Position numbers and translations under genes: made by a program. Positions 18,154-28,023 of a stretch of 64,000 bases of DNA are shown one piece after another. A model generated the notes under the pieces. It made no database searches. It was not told the origin of the DNA and saw only the letters and a program-made list of their open reading frames with translations. The DNA lies in assembly GCA_040880105.1 (NCBI GenBank), contig JBBDJA010000001.1, forward strand, positions 96,001-160,000, read 5' to 3'. Source of the DNA: Waddliaceae bacterium (GTDB taxonomy: Bacteria > Chlamydiota > Chlamydiia > Chlamydiales > SLOH01). Position 1 is the first letter of the stretch, and each line of letters opens with the position of its first letter.

Positions 18154-19520
18154 AGTTGCACTCCCGGTAGGTAATTTTCAGGTAAAGATAGGGTTTCATT
18201 TTCAAGAGAGGCAACCGGGTAGCTACAGTAATCAGCGGCATAGTAGGCTGTCGGCCGATGATTGCCGCTTTTACCGATACCTCCAAACGGGGCGTTGCTA
18301 CTTGCTCCTGTAAGGGGGCAGTTCCAATTGATGACCCCGGCTCTAACTTCTTTAAAGAATGTCTCGTATTGCTCTTTGCTATCTGTCAGGATGCCGGCAG
18401 ATAGGCCGTATCTTGTATTGTTTGCCTCTTCAACTGCGTCCTGAAAATTTTTCACGCGAATCACCTGAAGAAGGGGGCCAAAAATCTCTTCATCTACGCG
18501 CGCGTGATCTGTCACATCAATAAGGCCCGGAGTCACAAAGGCGCCCTCTCTTTTGCACTCAAGTAGAATTATTCCTCTCTTTTGCGCTTCGATCACATTG
18601 ATTGCCGCTTTTTCAGAAATCAAAGGTCCCATAAAGGGCTCAGGTTGATTGGTGTAGGGGCCGACTTTGACCTGCTTAAGCATCGGGATTAAGAGATCAA
18701 GTAATTTCGTTCCCCTTGAATCATCCGGTATAATGAGTCGTCTTGCGCATGTGCAGCGCTGGCCTGAGGTGAGATAAGCGGACTGTAAAATAATGTAGGC
18801 AGCTGCTTTTAGATTGCTGATATCCCAAGCGATGAGCGGATTATTGCCTCCCATTTCAAGAGCGAGAATCTTTTCTGGATGCGCGCTAAGGGTTTGATGA
18901 ATCTGCTTACCGACGCTGTGACTTCCGGTAAATAAGACGCCGTCAGCATCTTTAATTAATGTACTTCCGACACTAGCTCCACCTTGTAAAACTTGCACCA
19001 GTCCGTCCGGAAGAGCAGTGACCTGCTTCCATAAATCCAATAGAGCGTCTCCGACTTTTGGGGTTTTTTCACTCGGCTTTAAAATCACAGCGTTTCCAGC
19101 TAAAAGAGCCGGAATCATATGGCCATTTGGGAGGTGAGCCGGGAAATTATAAGGTCCGATGATCGCAAGCACTCCATGCGGCTTGTGAGAGGTGAGAGAG
19201 ACGCCTCTTTTAACTGTACCTGTCCTTTCAATATATGCATCAATTGAGATTGCCACTTTTCCAATCATTGCATCCACTTCTGTTTTGGATTCCCAAAGCG
19301 GCTTTCCAACCTCTTCTGAAATGATCAAGGCTAAATCCTCTTTAGAGTGCTGTAGTCTCTCTCGAAATCTCTCTATGAACTCCCTTCTCTCATCAAATGT
19401 AAGTGAGGACCATTGCTTAAACGCGCGCTTTGCGCGAGTAATTGCAAGATTGATTTCATCAAGCGAGGCCTCTTGACTCTCCCATAGAAGTTTTCCGGTC
19501 GCGGGGTTATAACTTTGCAT
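18150..19520 (-). CDS. astD: Succinylglutamate-semialdehyde dehydrogenase
   Basis: GPYNFPAHLPNGH, ALEMGGNNP, SGQRCTCARRL, GASSNAPFGGIGKSGNHRP, YYAADYCSYP. Start ATG 19520 with GGAGG upstream. Confidence 0.95.
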   Translation of the reverse strand: MQSYNPATGKLLWESQEASLDEINLAITRAKRAFKQWSSLTFDERREFIERFRERLQHSKEDLALIISEEVGKPLWESKTEVDAMIGKVAISIDAYIERTGTVKRGVSLTSHKPHGVLAIIGPYNFPAHLPNGHMIPALLAGNAVILKPSEKTPKVGDALLDLWKQVTALPDGLVQVLQGGASVGSTLIKDADGVLFTGSHSVGKQIHQTLSAHPEKILALEMGGNNPLIAWDISNLKAAAYIILQSAYLTSGQRCTCARRLIIPDDSRGTKLLDLLIPMLKQVKVGPYTNQPEPFMGPLISEKAAINVIEAQKRGIILLECKREGAFVTPGLIDVTDHARVDEEIFGPLLQVIRVKNFQDAVEEANNTRYGLSAGILTDSKEQYETFFKEVRAGVINWNCPLTGASSNAPFGGIGKSGNHRPTAYYAADYCSYPVASLENETLSLPENYLPGVQL

Positions 19521-20475
19521 ATCTGATCGTGCCTCCCACAGTGACTTGAAGCGCATCGGCAGTTTCGGGGCTTATCTGTACATGTGTCTTGTCGATGATT
19601 CGGATTGTGTCCTGACAGACTCGAAATGCTGTATCACGATTTCCTACCATTGCCTCTATCCCATCTTCTACTTGTTTAATCTCCTGTACAGTGGCAAGCG
19701 TACTCTTTTTGACTAGTTCAATCTCCTGTACACTTGTCTCAAGAACAGGGCCTCCGTCAAAGGTGTCGATCCAGTCTGTTAGTTTAAATCCTTGTTTCTC
19801 TAAAATCTTTAAAGATCCTTCGCTATTTGGATGCGGTTTCCCTATGACACTCCTTGCCTCATCATCTAAAAAGCAGGTGTAGATGGGGTGGATTGGAAGA
19901 TGCTCTCCAACAAAATCCGGGTTTGCTTCTAATGCGATTTCTGCCTCTTTAAAGCTTAAGTGAAAAAAATGTTGACCCAATGCATTCCAAAGCGGGGAGT
20001 TGCCCTCTTTTGTGATGACGCCGCGAATTCTTGCCATGATTTGCTTTTCAAATCGAGATGGAAAATTGGCAATAAACATAAGCCTGCTTATAGATAGAAA
20101 GGTGCCAAGCCCTTGACTTCGAAATTCAGGTGCAAGATAAAGCGCGCATAGTTCTGCCGGGCCATCGACAAGAGAGAAGGGGTGCAAAAGATCTTGATCG
20201 ACTAAGAAAAAGTAGTATGGAATCTTAACTGCAGTTTTTGAATAAATTGCGCAGCAGCCACCGATTTCCTTTGTCTTGGTATTCTCAAGAACAAAAAAGT
20301 AGATTTCGGATTTTGGTTCCATAACCTCTTTTCTAAAATCAGAGAGAGATTGGTTAAGTTTTTCTATTAACTTCTCGTGATCTTTAGGCAAGCTCAAAAG
20401 TCCATAGGAGCTTCGATCTGTAAAATGGAGGAGTTTATCGAAATCTCCCTTTTCTAATGCGCGGACGATGTACAT
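19507..20475 (-). CDS. astA: Arginine N-succinyltransferase
   Basis: LSLPKD, ELCALYLAPEFR, LSISRLMFIA, SPLWNALGQHFF, IDTFDGGP; sits in the ast operon. Confidence 0.9.
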   Translation of the reverse strand: MYIVRALEKGDFDKLLHFTDRSSYGLLSLPKDHEKLIEKLNQSLSDFRKEVMEPKSEIYFFVLENTKTKEIGGCCAIYSKTAVKIPYYFFLVDQDLLHPFSLVDGPAELCALYLAPEFRSQGLGTFLSISRLMFIANFPSRFEKQIMARIRGVITKEGNSPLWNALGQHFFHLSFKEAEIALEANPDFVGEHLPIHPIYTCFLDDEARSVIGKPHPNSEGSLKILEKQGFKLTDWIDTFDGGPVLETSVQEIELVKKSTLATVQEIKQVEDGIEAMVGNRDTAFRVCQDTIRIIDKTHVQISPETADALQVTVGGTIRYAKL

Positions 20476-21812
20476 AATGTCTCTTCTATAATTTTTAAAA
20501 CTTCATCGATCTCTTTTTTGGTAATTGCAGCGGTCGGTAGTAAAAACCTGATTCGCGTCGGATTTTGCCCGGCAATAAAGGCGATGACGCCATTTTTATA
20601 CAGCTCATGTGCGAATGCGTTGACTTTTTCAAATGATCCGTCAAAGGGTGTAAACGCAATCATTCCCCCGATACCGAAAGGGCCTTTGACATCAAGCTTC
20701 TCAAGCTTTTCTTGAAAATAGTTTCCAAGCTGCATGTTTTTTCCATCAGGTCCGAAGTGGTCATCGCGGACCATAAGATGCAGCATTGCTTTGGCGGCAT
20801 GAATGCTTGCAGTAGCACCTGTGAAGGTTTGAGAAATAAGGCCGGGCTTTGGGTTGTACTCATGGCGCCAGAGTGTTGCGCAGACTTGGGTCATTTTGCC
20901 GATTGTGACAATGTCAATATATTCATCTAAATCAAAATGTTGAAACGCAAATAGCTTTGATGTTCTTCCGAATGTCTGTACTTCATCGGCTAATATGGCA
21001 ATATGATGCTCTTTCAATATTTTCATCAAAGGGAGAAAGAATTCGCGACTGCCCTTGTAGAATCCGGCTTCTCCTTGGATCAGCTCAAAGTACATAAGCG
21101 CGTGCTGCTTCGGATGGCGGGAAAGATGCTTTTTTAAGGTGGAAACGGCGCGCCCTGTGCTTCCCTCGGGATCATTTTCATCAAAAAATGGGATGTAGTC
21201 GACAAAGACATTTTCCGGAATACCTTCTCGGTATTTTGCTTTATCGGTAATTTGCGAAATGGCCCAAGTACGCCCGGCAAAACAGTGATCAAAGGCTAGA
21301 ATGCGGTGCGCCGGCGCATTTTTCTGCAAAGCGATTTTCATCGCATTTTCGTTTGCCATTGCACCGGATGTAGTCAAAATGCAGTGATCGAGACCGGACT
21401 CTTTGATTAAAAGGTCAACAAGCTCGGCGGAATCGGCATTTTGTTGAAGATTGCCTTGCATGACTGTGTCGGAAATGGCAGCGTCAATGCTGGCTGAAAT
21501 AATTTCCGGGTGGCTATGACCAAAGACATGGACACCGATGCCTGAGATAAAGTCATACTTTACACTCCCGTCGAGAAGTTCGACAAGCGCTCCATTACCA
21601 ATTCCCGAACCGATGTAGGGATACCAAAGTTTAGCTCCTCTATGCGCCTCGAAAGATGCAATCAGCTCATCATAGGAAGTTTTAAGTTCATGACTTGGCG
21701 GTTTGACGGCATTGATCGATTGCTGACACTCTTTTACCGCTTCCCTGATTAATTTTTTTGCCTCTTGGAGCTTCGGATGTATTTTTAGAAGACCCGCTTT
21801 CGTATGTGTCAT
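20454..21812 (-). CDS. Class III PLP aminotransferase, probable succinylornithine transaminase (AstC role)
   Basis: DFISGIGVHVFGHSHP, SGAMANE, ELIQGEAG, DEVQTFGRT, TIGK; located directly upstream of astA. Divergent from canonical AstC/ArgD. Confidence 0.8.
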   Translation of the reverse strand: MTHTKAGLLKIHPKLQEAKKLIREAVKECQQSINAVKPPSHELKTSYDELIASFEAHRGAKLWYPYIGSGIGNGALVELLDGSVKYDFISGIGVHVFGHSHPEIISASIDAAISDTVMQGNLQQNADSAELVDLLIKESGLDHCILTTSGAMANENAMKIALQKNAPAHRILAFDHCFAGRTWAISQITDKAKYREGIPENVFVDYIPFFDENDPEGSTGRAVSTLKKHLSRHPKQHALMYFELIQGEAGFYKGSREFFLPLMKILKEHHIAILADEVQTFGRTSKLFAFQHFDLDEYIDIVTIGKMTQVCATLWRHEYNPKPGLISQTFTGATASIHAAKAMLHLMVRDDHFGPDGKNMQLGNYFQEKLEKLDVKGPFGIGGMIAFTPFDGSFEKVNAFAHELYKNGVIAFIAGQNPTRIRFLLPTAAITKKEIDEVLKIIEETLCTSSAH

Positions 21813-22960
21813 AAACCTTCCTGAACAATTTTTTTTAAAAGAAGAAAGGTAAGTTCAGCCCTTTCTTCCAAACTCTTCACCTCGAGGAACTCGTCAGCGC
21901 AGTGCAAACGCCCTCCGGTTCCGCCCAATGAATCAATTGTCGGAACTCCCATAGCCGCAACGAGATTACCGTCACAAACACCATTTGTCGCTTGGAAGCC
22001 AATGGATAATCCAAGTTGGTTAGATACATGCTTAAGCGCGTCAAATAGTTTTTTTGTTTGGCTGTCTAAAGGCTTTGGTGGTCTCTGACTGATTGTATGG
22101 AGCTCAATTGTGACTTCTCTATCTTTTTCAATTTTCTCTGAAATAATTTTTAAGGATTTTATTACGTTTTCAAAATCTGTCTTGTCTCTTGCCCGAATAT
22201 TGATTTGCCCGGCTGCATGATCGGCGACATTGTTTAAGGTGCTGCCGCCGTGGACTTTCCCAAGATTTATAGTGATCCCTCTTTTTTTATCGATCAATGC
22301 TTCTACCTCCAACATAAAGGAGCAAAGAGCTCCAATTGCATTGCGGCCGGAAAAAAAGTCACGACCCGCATGAGCTGCTGTCCCTTTGACGATAATTGTT
22401 AAATTGAGGGATCCGGCCCTTTCTGAAACAAGATCTCCATTTGGTAGTGAAGGTTCAAAGATGAGAGCGAAATCTTTTCCTTTTGCACTCTCTTCAATGA
22501 TCGCTCGCGATCCGGGCGAACCGACCTCTTCATCGGCATTAAGGATCACTTCCCATCCGATCTGCTCTTTAAAATCGCTCATTTCTACTCTATTTAGGAC
22601 TTGAAGCATAATCACAAGCCCAGCTTTCATATCTGCAACGCCCGGACCGATGAGCAGACCGTCTCTTTCTTGAACCCCTGGAAAGGTTTGATCTTTTGGA
22701 AAGGTTGTATCCATGTGACCCATAAGGAGCACTTGCATTTTTGCCTTTGGTCTCTTAAATATTTTTAAAACACTACCTAAAGAATTGTTTACTCTGTTTC
22801 CCATCAGGTCTATTGACTCAACAGGCAAAGAGGGTATCATGCGAGTGATGCCTCCAAGAGCATCAAAATGTGCGCTCAACTCACTGCGCATGCGTTCAAT
22901 CCCGACTAGATTATAAGTCCCTGAATCGATAGACGCTAAGTTTTTAACCAGTTGTTTCAT
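21809..22960 (-). CDS. M20 family metallohydrolase (carboxypeptidase G2-like), probable desuccinylase
   Basis: GHMDT, GPGVADMKAG, DEEVGS, FEP, AHAGRDF, GVCDGN, H in GRLHCADE; first gene of the ast operon. Confidence 0.85.
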   Translation of the reverse strand: MKQLVKNLASIDSGTYNLVGIERMRSELSAHFDALGGITRMIPSLPVESIDLMGNRVNNSLGSVLKIFKRPKAKMQVLLMGHMDTTFPKDQTFPGVQERDGLLIGPGVADMKAGLVIMLQVLNRVEMSDFKEQIGWEVILNADEEVGSPGSRAIIEESAKGKDFALIFEPSLPNGDLVSERAGSLNLTIIVKGTAAHAGRDFFSGRNAIGALCSFMLEVEALIDKKRGITINLGKVHGGSTLNNVADHAAGQINIRARDKTDFENVIKSLKIISEKIEKDREVTIELHTISQRPPKPLDSQTKKLFDALKHVSNQLGLSIGFQATNGVCDGNLVAAMGVPTIDSLGGTGGRLHCADEFLEVKSLEERAELTFLLLKKIVQEGL

Positions 22961-23077
22961 AGGCGTAAATTTTATTTTATATATACATGAAACATATTTC
23001 TTTTTTGATTTTTTTTATCTTTTGAATAATTCTCTCTTTGGTTACTTTGTCAATATTGCAAAAACAAGGAGACAGGG

Positions 23078-23281
23078 GTGACTCGATCTAACTCTCATCG
23101 GAAACTTCAGGATCAAATTGGGAAGGGACATAAGAATTATGTTCTGATAACCTGCGATGAGCCGTCCGCAAACGGAGAGATGAATGTTGAGATGTCATAT
23201 GAGGGCGATCCAACACTTCTATCCTATTTGCTAGAAGGTGCTCAAGATTACGTGAATGAAATCGAGTTAGTGGAAGATTAA
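23078..23281 (+). CDS. Small conserved-looking hypothetical protein
   Basis: GTG start with AAGGAG SD; YVLITC..VEMSYEGDPTLLSYLL resembles a chlamydial small-protein family (recall); fills the gap convergent to clpB. Confidence 0.7.
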   Translation: MTRSNSHRKLQDQIGKGHKNYVLITCDEPSANGEMNVEMSYEGDPTLLSYLLEGAQDYVNEIELVED

Positions 23282-23282
23282 C

Positions 23283-25889
23283 TTACCCGGTGACTTGCCT
23301 CTCTCGCTTCCGAATTTCAAACGACATTTTGTCATTTGAATAGACTAAGTGTACTTCACTATTTTCCGGAATTTCCCTTTTTAATATCGCATTTGACAAC
23401 ATATTGACCACTTGCTGTTGAATCAGTCTCTTGAGTGGTCTTGCACCGTAAACCGGATCATAACCGGTTTTTGCCAGATGTGTTACAACCTTATCATCCC
23501 AAGTTAAATATGACTCACGCTCAAGAAGCCGCTTACGAAGCAATTTCAGTTGGATTTCAACGATTTTCGTAATTTCCTGTTCGCTGAGGGGTAAAAAGGG
23601 CAGAATTTCATCGACGCGATTGATAAATTCGGGTCTAAAATAGGAGCGGATGGTCGGCTCGATCGTCTTTAGAATTTGTTCTTTATTGGCATGAGCATTT
23701 TTCTCAAGTAGCTCCATGAGTTGCTGAGACCCTATATTTGATGTCATAATAAAAAGGGCGTTTTTGCAGTTAACTTTCCGGCCTTTGCCGTCAGTAAGCC
23801 TGCCATCGTCAAATACCTGTAAAAGAATATTAAAGACATCGTGATGCGCCTTTTCAACCTCATCCAGTAAGACAACAGCGTAGGGTCTACGTCTAAGCGC
23901 TTCGGTTAATTGTCCGCCTTCTTCATAACCCACATATCCCGGAGGCGACCCAATAAGCTTAGAGACGTTGTGTTTCTCCATGTATTCAGACATGTCGAAT
24001 CGAATCAGGGCGTCTTCTTGGTCAAATAATTGAATGGCAAGCGCTTTGGCAAGTTCTGTTTTTCCAACACCGGTCGGTCCTAAAAAGAGAAAGACACCGA
24101 GTGGACGGTTAGGATCGGAAAGACCCGAACGCGATCGTCGAATCGCCTCCGATACAGAGGCTACAGCCATCTCTTGACCCACCACTTGCTTATGGATTTC
24201 ATCCTCTAGATGCAACAGTCGCTCAGCCTCTCCCTCCATCATCTTGCTTACAGGGATACCGGTCCACTTGGATACGATCAAGGCAATGAGCTTGTCATCG
24301 ACCTCTTCTTGGAGCATTCGATTCTCCTTCTTCCGGAGCTTTTCTTCCTCTTCCTCGATTTCAGTTTGCAGTTCAGGAATTTTTTGATACCGAAGCTCGG
24401 CGACCTTGTTGTAATCGGCCTTTCGATCAAGCTCCTCTTCTTGAAATTTTAATTGCTCAAGTAGGTTCTTCTTTTCTTTGACATTCTGAATCAGCGCTTT
24501 CTCTTGCTCCCACTGCTGCTTTAGAGACGATAGCTGCTCCTTTTTTGAGGCAATCACTTTTTCAAGCTCTTTTAATTTTGCAGAATCCGGCATTTCACGT
24601 TTAAGAGCCTCTTGCTCAACAATTAAAGATGAGAGTTCTCTCTCCTTTTGATCGATCGGAAGCGGTCGGCTTCCAAGCTGCATGCGAATTAAACTTGCCG
24701 CCTCATCAATTAGGTCAATTGCTTTGTCTGGAAGTCGGCGCTCCGTAATATATCTGATTGAGAGGAAAACAGCGGCGTGAATAGCAGACTCGGTGATCCG
24801 CACTCCGTGGAAAATTTCATACTTTTCTCGCAGTCCGCGCAAGATGGCGATGGCGTCCTCAGGGGAGGGTTCATTGATCATGACAGGTTGAAATCGTCTC
24901 TCTAGCGCCGCATCTTTTTCAATATGTTTTTGGTATTCATTAAGAGTCGTGGCACCGATGCAGTGAAGCGTTCCTCTAGCAAGTGCCGGCTTTAGCAAGT
25001 TGGCCGCGTCCATTGCACCTTCTGTCGCGCCGGCGCCAATAAGGGTGTGGACTTCATCAATAAAGAGTAGGATGTTGCCTTCGCTATTTTCGACCTCATG
25101 TAAAATTGACTTTAGCCGCTCCTCAAACTCGCCTCTGTACTTAGTACCGGCGATCAGACTACCCATATCGAGTGTCATCAACTGTTTTCCAACTAAAGAG
25201 TCAGGAACGTCCTTTTGGACAATTCTATGGGCAAGACCTTCGGCAATTGCAGTTTTTCCAACCCCCGGTTCGCCGATTAACATGGGGTTGTTTTTTGTTC
25301 TACGACTGAGCACTTGCATTGTCCGGCGTATCTCTTCATCCCGTCCAATGACGGGGTCAAGTTTCCCTTCTCTGGCAAGCGTGGTTAAATTTTTGCAGTA
25401 TTTATCCAGAGCTTGAAATGTCTGTTCGGCAGCAGGGGAGTCAATCCGCCTGTCGCCGCGAATCTCTTTGACCTTCTTCTCTACATCATTAATGGTAATG
25501 CCGCTCGACTGTTTCCATTCGGCAAAGGGCGCGCCGCCGTTTTTCCAAAATGAAAGTAAGAAGTGGTCCGAGCTGACATAGCTGTCCTTCATATTAGAGG
25601 CAATAGACTCTGCATCAACGATGCGATTTTGCAAACTCCGCGCCGTTTGAGGCTGATCTGTCGTTCCGGTGAAAGTCGCAAGCCTTGATAAATCCGCTTC
25701 TACGCGGTTCAGTAGTTGTGCGGGGTGCGTGCCAAGGCCCGAAAGAATGGAACAGAAGTATCCTTTCGGATCCTGTAAAAATCCCCAAAGCAAGTGATTT
25801 TCTGTTACTTCAGTGTTCTTTCTTCGAGTCGCTTCTGAAAAACCAAATTGAATCGCTTCTGTTACGCTGTCAGTAAAGTTTTGCTTCAT
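23283..25889 (-). CDS. clpB: ATP-dependent chaperone ClpB
   Basis: N domain, AAA1 GEPGVGKT, coiled-coil middle domain ([11 protein letters not shown]), AAA2 [19 protein letters not shown]. Confidence 0.96.
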   Translation of the reverse strand: MKQNFTDSVTEAIQFGFSEATRRKNTEVTENHLLWGFLQDPKGYFCSILSGLGTHPAQLLNRVEADLSRLATFTGTTDQPQTARSLQNRIVDAESIASNMKDSYVSSDHFLLSFWKNGGAPFAEWKQSSGITINDVEKKVKEIRGDRRIDSPAAEQTFQALDKYCKNLTTLAREGKLDPVIGRDEEIRRTMQVLSRRTKNNPMLIGEPGVGKTAIAEGLAHRIVQKDVPDSLVGKQLMTLDMGSLIAGTKYRGEFEERLKSILHEVENSEGNILLFIDEVHTLIGAGATEGAMDAANLLKPALARGTLHCIGATTLNEYQKHIEKDAALERRFQPVMINEPSPEDAIAILRGLREKYEIFHGVRITESAIHAAVFLSIRYITERRLPDKAIDLIDEAASLIRMQLGSRPLPIDQKERELSSLIVEQEALKREMPDSAKLKELEKVIASKKEQLSSLKQQWEQEKALIQNVKEKKNLLEQLKFQEEELDRKADYNKVAELRYQKIPELQTEIEEEEEKLRKKENRMLQEEVDDKLIALIVSKWTGIPVSKMMEGEAERLLHLEDEIHKQVVGQEMAVASVSEAIRRSRSGLSDPNRPLGVFLFLGPTGVGKTELAKALAIQLFDQEDALIRFDMSEYMEKHNVSKLIGSPPGYVGYEEGGQLTEALRRRPYAVVLLDEVEKAHHDVFNILLQVFDDGRLTDGKGRKVNCKNALFIMTSNIGSQQLMELLEKNAHANKEQILKTIEPTIRSYFRPEFINRVDEILPFLPLSEQEITKIVEIQLKLLRKRLLERESYLTWDDKVVTHLAKTGYDPVYGARPLKRLIQQQVVNMLSNAILKREIPENSEVHLVYSNDKMSFEIRKRERQVTG

Positions 25890-26023
25890 GGCACGAACTC
25901 CAGTTGTCGTTTTACAAAAACTATAAACGTTATCCTAATTTTTTTAAACTGCGTTTTGTCGATTTTCAATTACTTTGAAATGTGTTACAATTGCTTTCTT
26001 ATCCTCGAACAAAAGAATTGTAA

Positions 26024-27772
26024 ATGATGAAAAGACGACAGACACGAGAAGTTTACGTTGGCAATGTAGGAGTGGGTGGCAATAATCCCGTTCGCATTCA
26101 ATCAATGACAACATCAGACACACGCGACGTGGCAGCGACAATCGAACAAGTCATGCGTCTTTCCGACCAGGGATGCGAAATTGTTAGAGTGACAGTTCAA
26201 GGAGTAAAAGAGGCGCTTGCTTGTGAGTTAATCAAAAATGGCCTTCTTCAAAAAGGGTATAACATCCCTTTAGTTGCCGATATCCACTTCTTTCCGAAAG
26301 CTGCGTTTCAGGCTATTGAATTTGTCGATAAAGTGCGCATCAATCCCGGCAATTTTGTTGATAAACGCGCCTCGTTTAAGGTGATAGAGTACGATGATGC
26401 GATCTATGCAAATGAACTGCTTAGGATTGAGGAGAAGTTCGCACCACTTGTTGAAAAATGCAAATCTCTCAACAAACCCATTCGTATCGGTACCAATCAC
26501 GGCTCTTTATCAGACCGAATTATGAACCGCTACGGTGACACTCCGGCCGGAATGGTTGAGTCCGCATTTGAATTTGCTAGGATCTGCCGAAAGTATGATT
26601 TTCACGATATTATTTTCTCCATGAAAGCATCGAATCCACTTGTGATGATAGAGGCGTATCGCCTGCTTGTTTCTGAGATGGATAAGCTTAATTGGGACTA
26701 TCCTCTACATCTAGGGGTTACAGAGGCCGGATCCGGAGAAGATGGAAGAGTAAAGTCAGCAGTCGGCATTGGCTCGCTTCTGCTCGATGGCCTCGGCGAC
26801 ACCATCCGCGTCTCATTGACCGAAGATCCGTGGTTAGAGATCGACCCCTGCCGTCGATTAGTCACACTTGCAGAAGAGAAGATCATTAGCGAAGGGTGGT
26901 GTGTTTATAAACATCAAGAGCGGATAGTCACACCGTCAAACAGCTTTTCAATACACCCTAAAGGCGCTGTTATTTTGCAGCCGAAATTAGGGGAAGATCT
27001 AGATTCTATTCTAGATCACAATGAACCCTTAACCAAAATTGACGCGCTTGTTGGCTGCAACTATAAAGAGACCCCCAATATTAACCCGACCCCTTTGCAC
27101 CTTGCGCAGTTTCAAGTCAATGACCCCGAAGTTATTCTAGTGGAAGATGATAAATGGGAGGCTTTGAGTAAGTTTAAACCCTCTCTCATACTGGTTGATT
27201 TCAAAAGTGATAGGGTGGCAACTTGTCGAAGATTTTTTGCATGGCTAAAGAAAAAGCAGATCAATACGCCGGTGATTCTTAGCTTTTCATACGATTGCAG
27301 CACTGAAGATCTTCCGATTTTTGCCGCTGCTGAATGTGGATCCCTGCTATGCGATGGACTCGGAGAGGGGATTTGGCTCCGCGGCCCGTATCAAACATCA
27401 CTTTTACGAAATTTAAGCTTTAATATTTTACAGTCAACAAGACGTCGCATCATAAAGACCGATTTTATCTCCTGCCCCAGTTGCGGCAGGACACTATTTG
27501 ACCTCCAAGAAGTCACAAAGCGCATCCAAGAGAGGACAGATCACCTGGCAGGTGTAAAAATTGCGATTATGGGCTGTATTGTCAACGGTCCAGGAGAGAT
27601 GGCAGACGCTGACTTTGGATATGTGGGCTCTAGACCGGGGATGATCGATCTTTACCTCGGAAAAAAATGTGTCGAAAAAAACATCCCTTTTGCCCAAGCA
27701 GACGACCGACTCGTTGCATTAATCAAATCGAATGGAAAATGGCTAGAACCTAAAGGAGGAGAGACTGAATAA
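26024..27772 (+). CDS. ispG: HMBPP synthase, long form with central insert domain
   Basis: IQSMTT, VADIHF, RINPGN, RIGTNHGSLS, HLGVTEAG, GDTIRVSLT, ISCPSCGRT, MGCIVNGPGEMAD. Confidence 0.96.
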   Translation: MMKRRQTREVYVGNVGVGGNNPVRIQSMTTSDTRDVAATIEQVMRLSDQGCEIVRVTVQGVKEALACELIKNGLLQKGYNIPLVADIHFFPKAAFQAIEFVDKVRINPGNFVDKRASFKVIEYDDAIYANELLRIEEKFAPLVEKCKSLNKPIRIGTNHGSLSDRIMNRYGDTPAGMVESAFEFARICRKYDFHDIIFSMKASNPLVMIEAYRLLVSEMDKLNWDYPLHLGVTEAGSGEDGRVKSAVGIGSLLLDGLGDTIRVSLTEDPWLEIDPCRRLVTLAEEKIISEGWCVYKHQERIVTPSNSFSIHPKGAVILQPKLGEDLDSILDHNEPLTKIDALVGCNYKETPNINPTPLHLAQFQVNDPEVILVEDDKWEALSKFKPSLILVDFKSDRVATCRRFFAWLKKKQINTPVILSFSYDCSTEDLPIFAAAECGSLLCDGLGEGIWLRGPYQTSLLRNLSFNILQSTRRRIIKTDFISCPSCGRTLFDLQEVTKRIQERTDHLAGVKIAIMGCIVNGPGEMADADFGYVGSRPGMIDLYLGKKCVEKNIPFAQADDRLVALIKSNGKWLEPKGGETE

Positions 27773-28023
27773 CGACGGGAATCTCCCTATTTCTAGGGGG
27801 TCACCCTTTTCCAGGTCTTGTCCTAAAATCACACTCTCCTTTATCAAATATTAACATGCACCCACTATAATTATAGTTAAACAAGCATTTTGAGGAGCCC
27901 TTAATTAGCTCAGGTCAATTAAATTTTGCATGAATTTTTTCTAGAAATCGAGAACAATTCGATAAATTTAACAATCTTAAGTGAACCAGGGAGTCCTAAA
28001 TTGAAAATACATAAGAGACTCTG

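Noticed and set aside
22961..23077. ArgR boxes upstream of the ast operon
   Set aside because: Only a half match (TGAATAATT) in very AT-rich DNA, not distinguishable from chance.
25890..26023. Heat-shock operator upstream of clpB
   Set aside because: No CIRCE inverted repeat or CtsR-type direct repeat is visible.
26024..27772. Extra central domain in IspG as a novelty
   Set aside because: The long three-domain IspG is established for Chlamydiae and plastids.
27864..27877. Perfect palindrome ACTATAATTATAGT upstream of the effector-like gene
   Set aside because: Almost all A/T and single-copy, so it could arise by chance. No second instance supports an operator.
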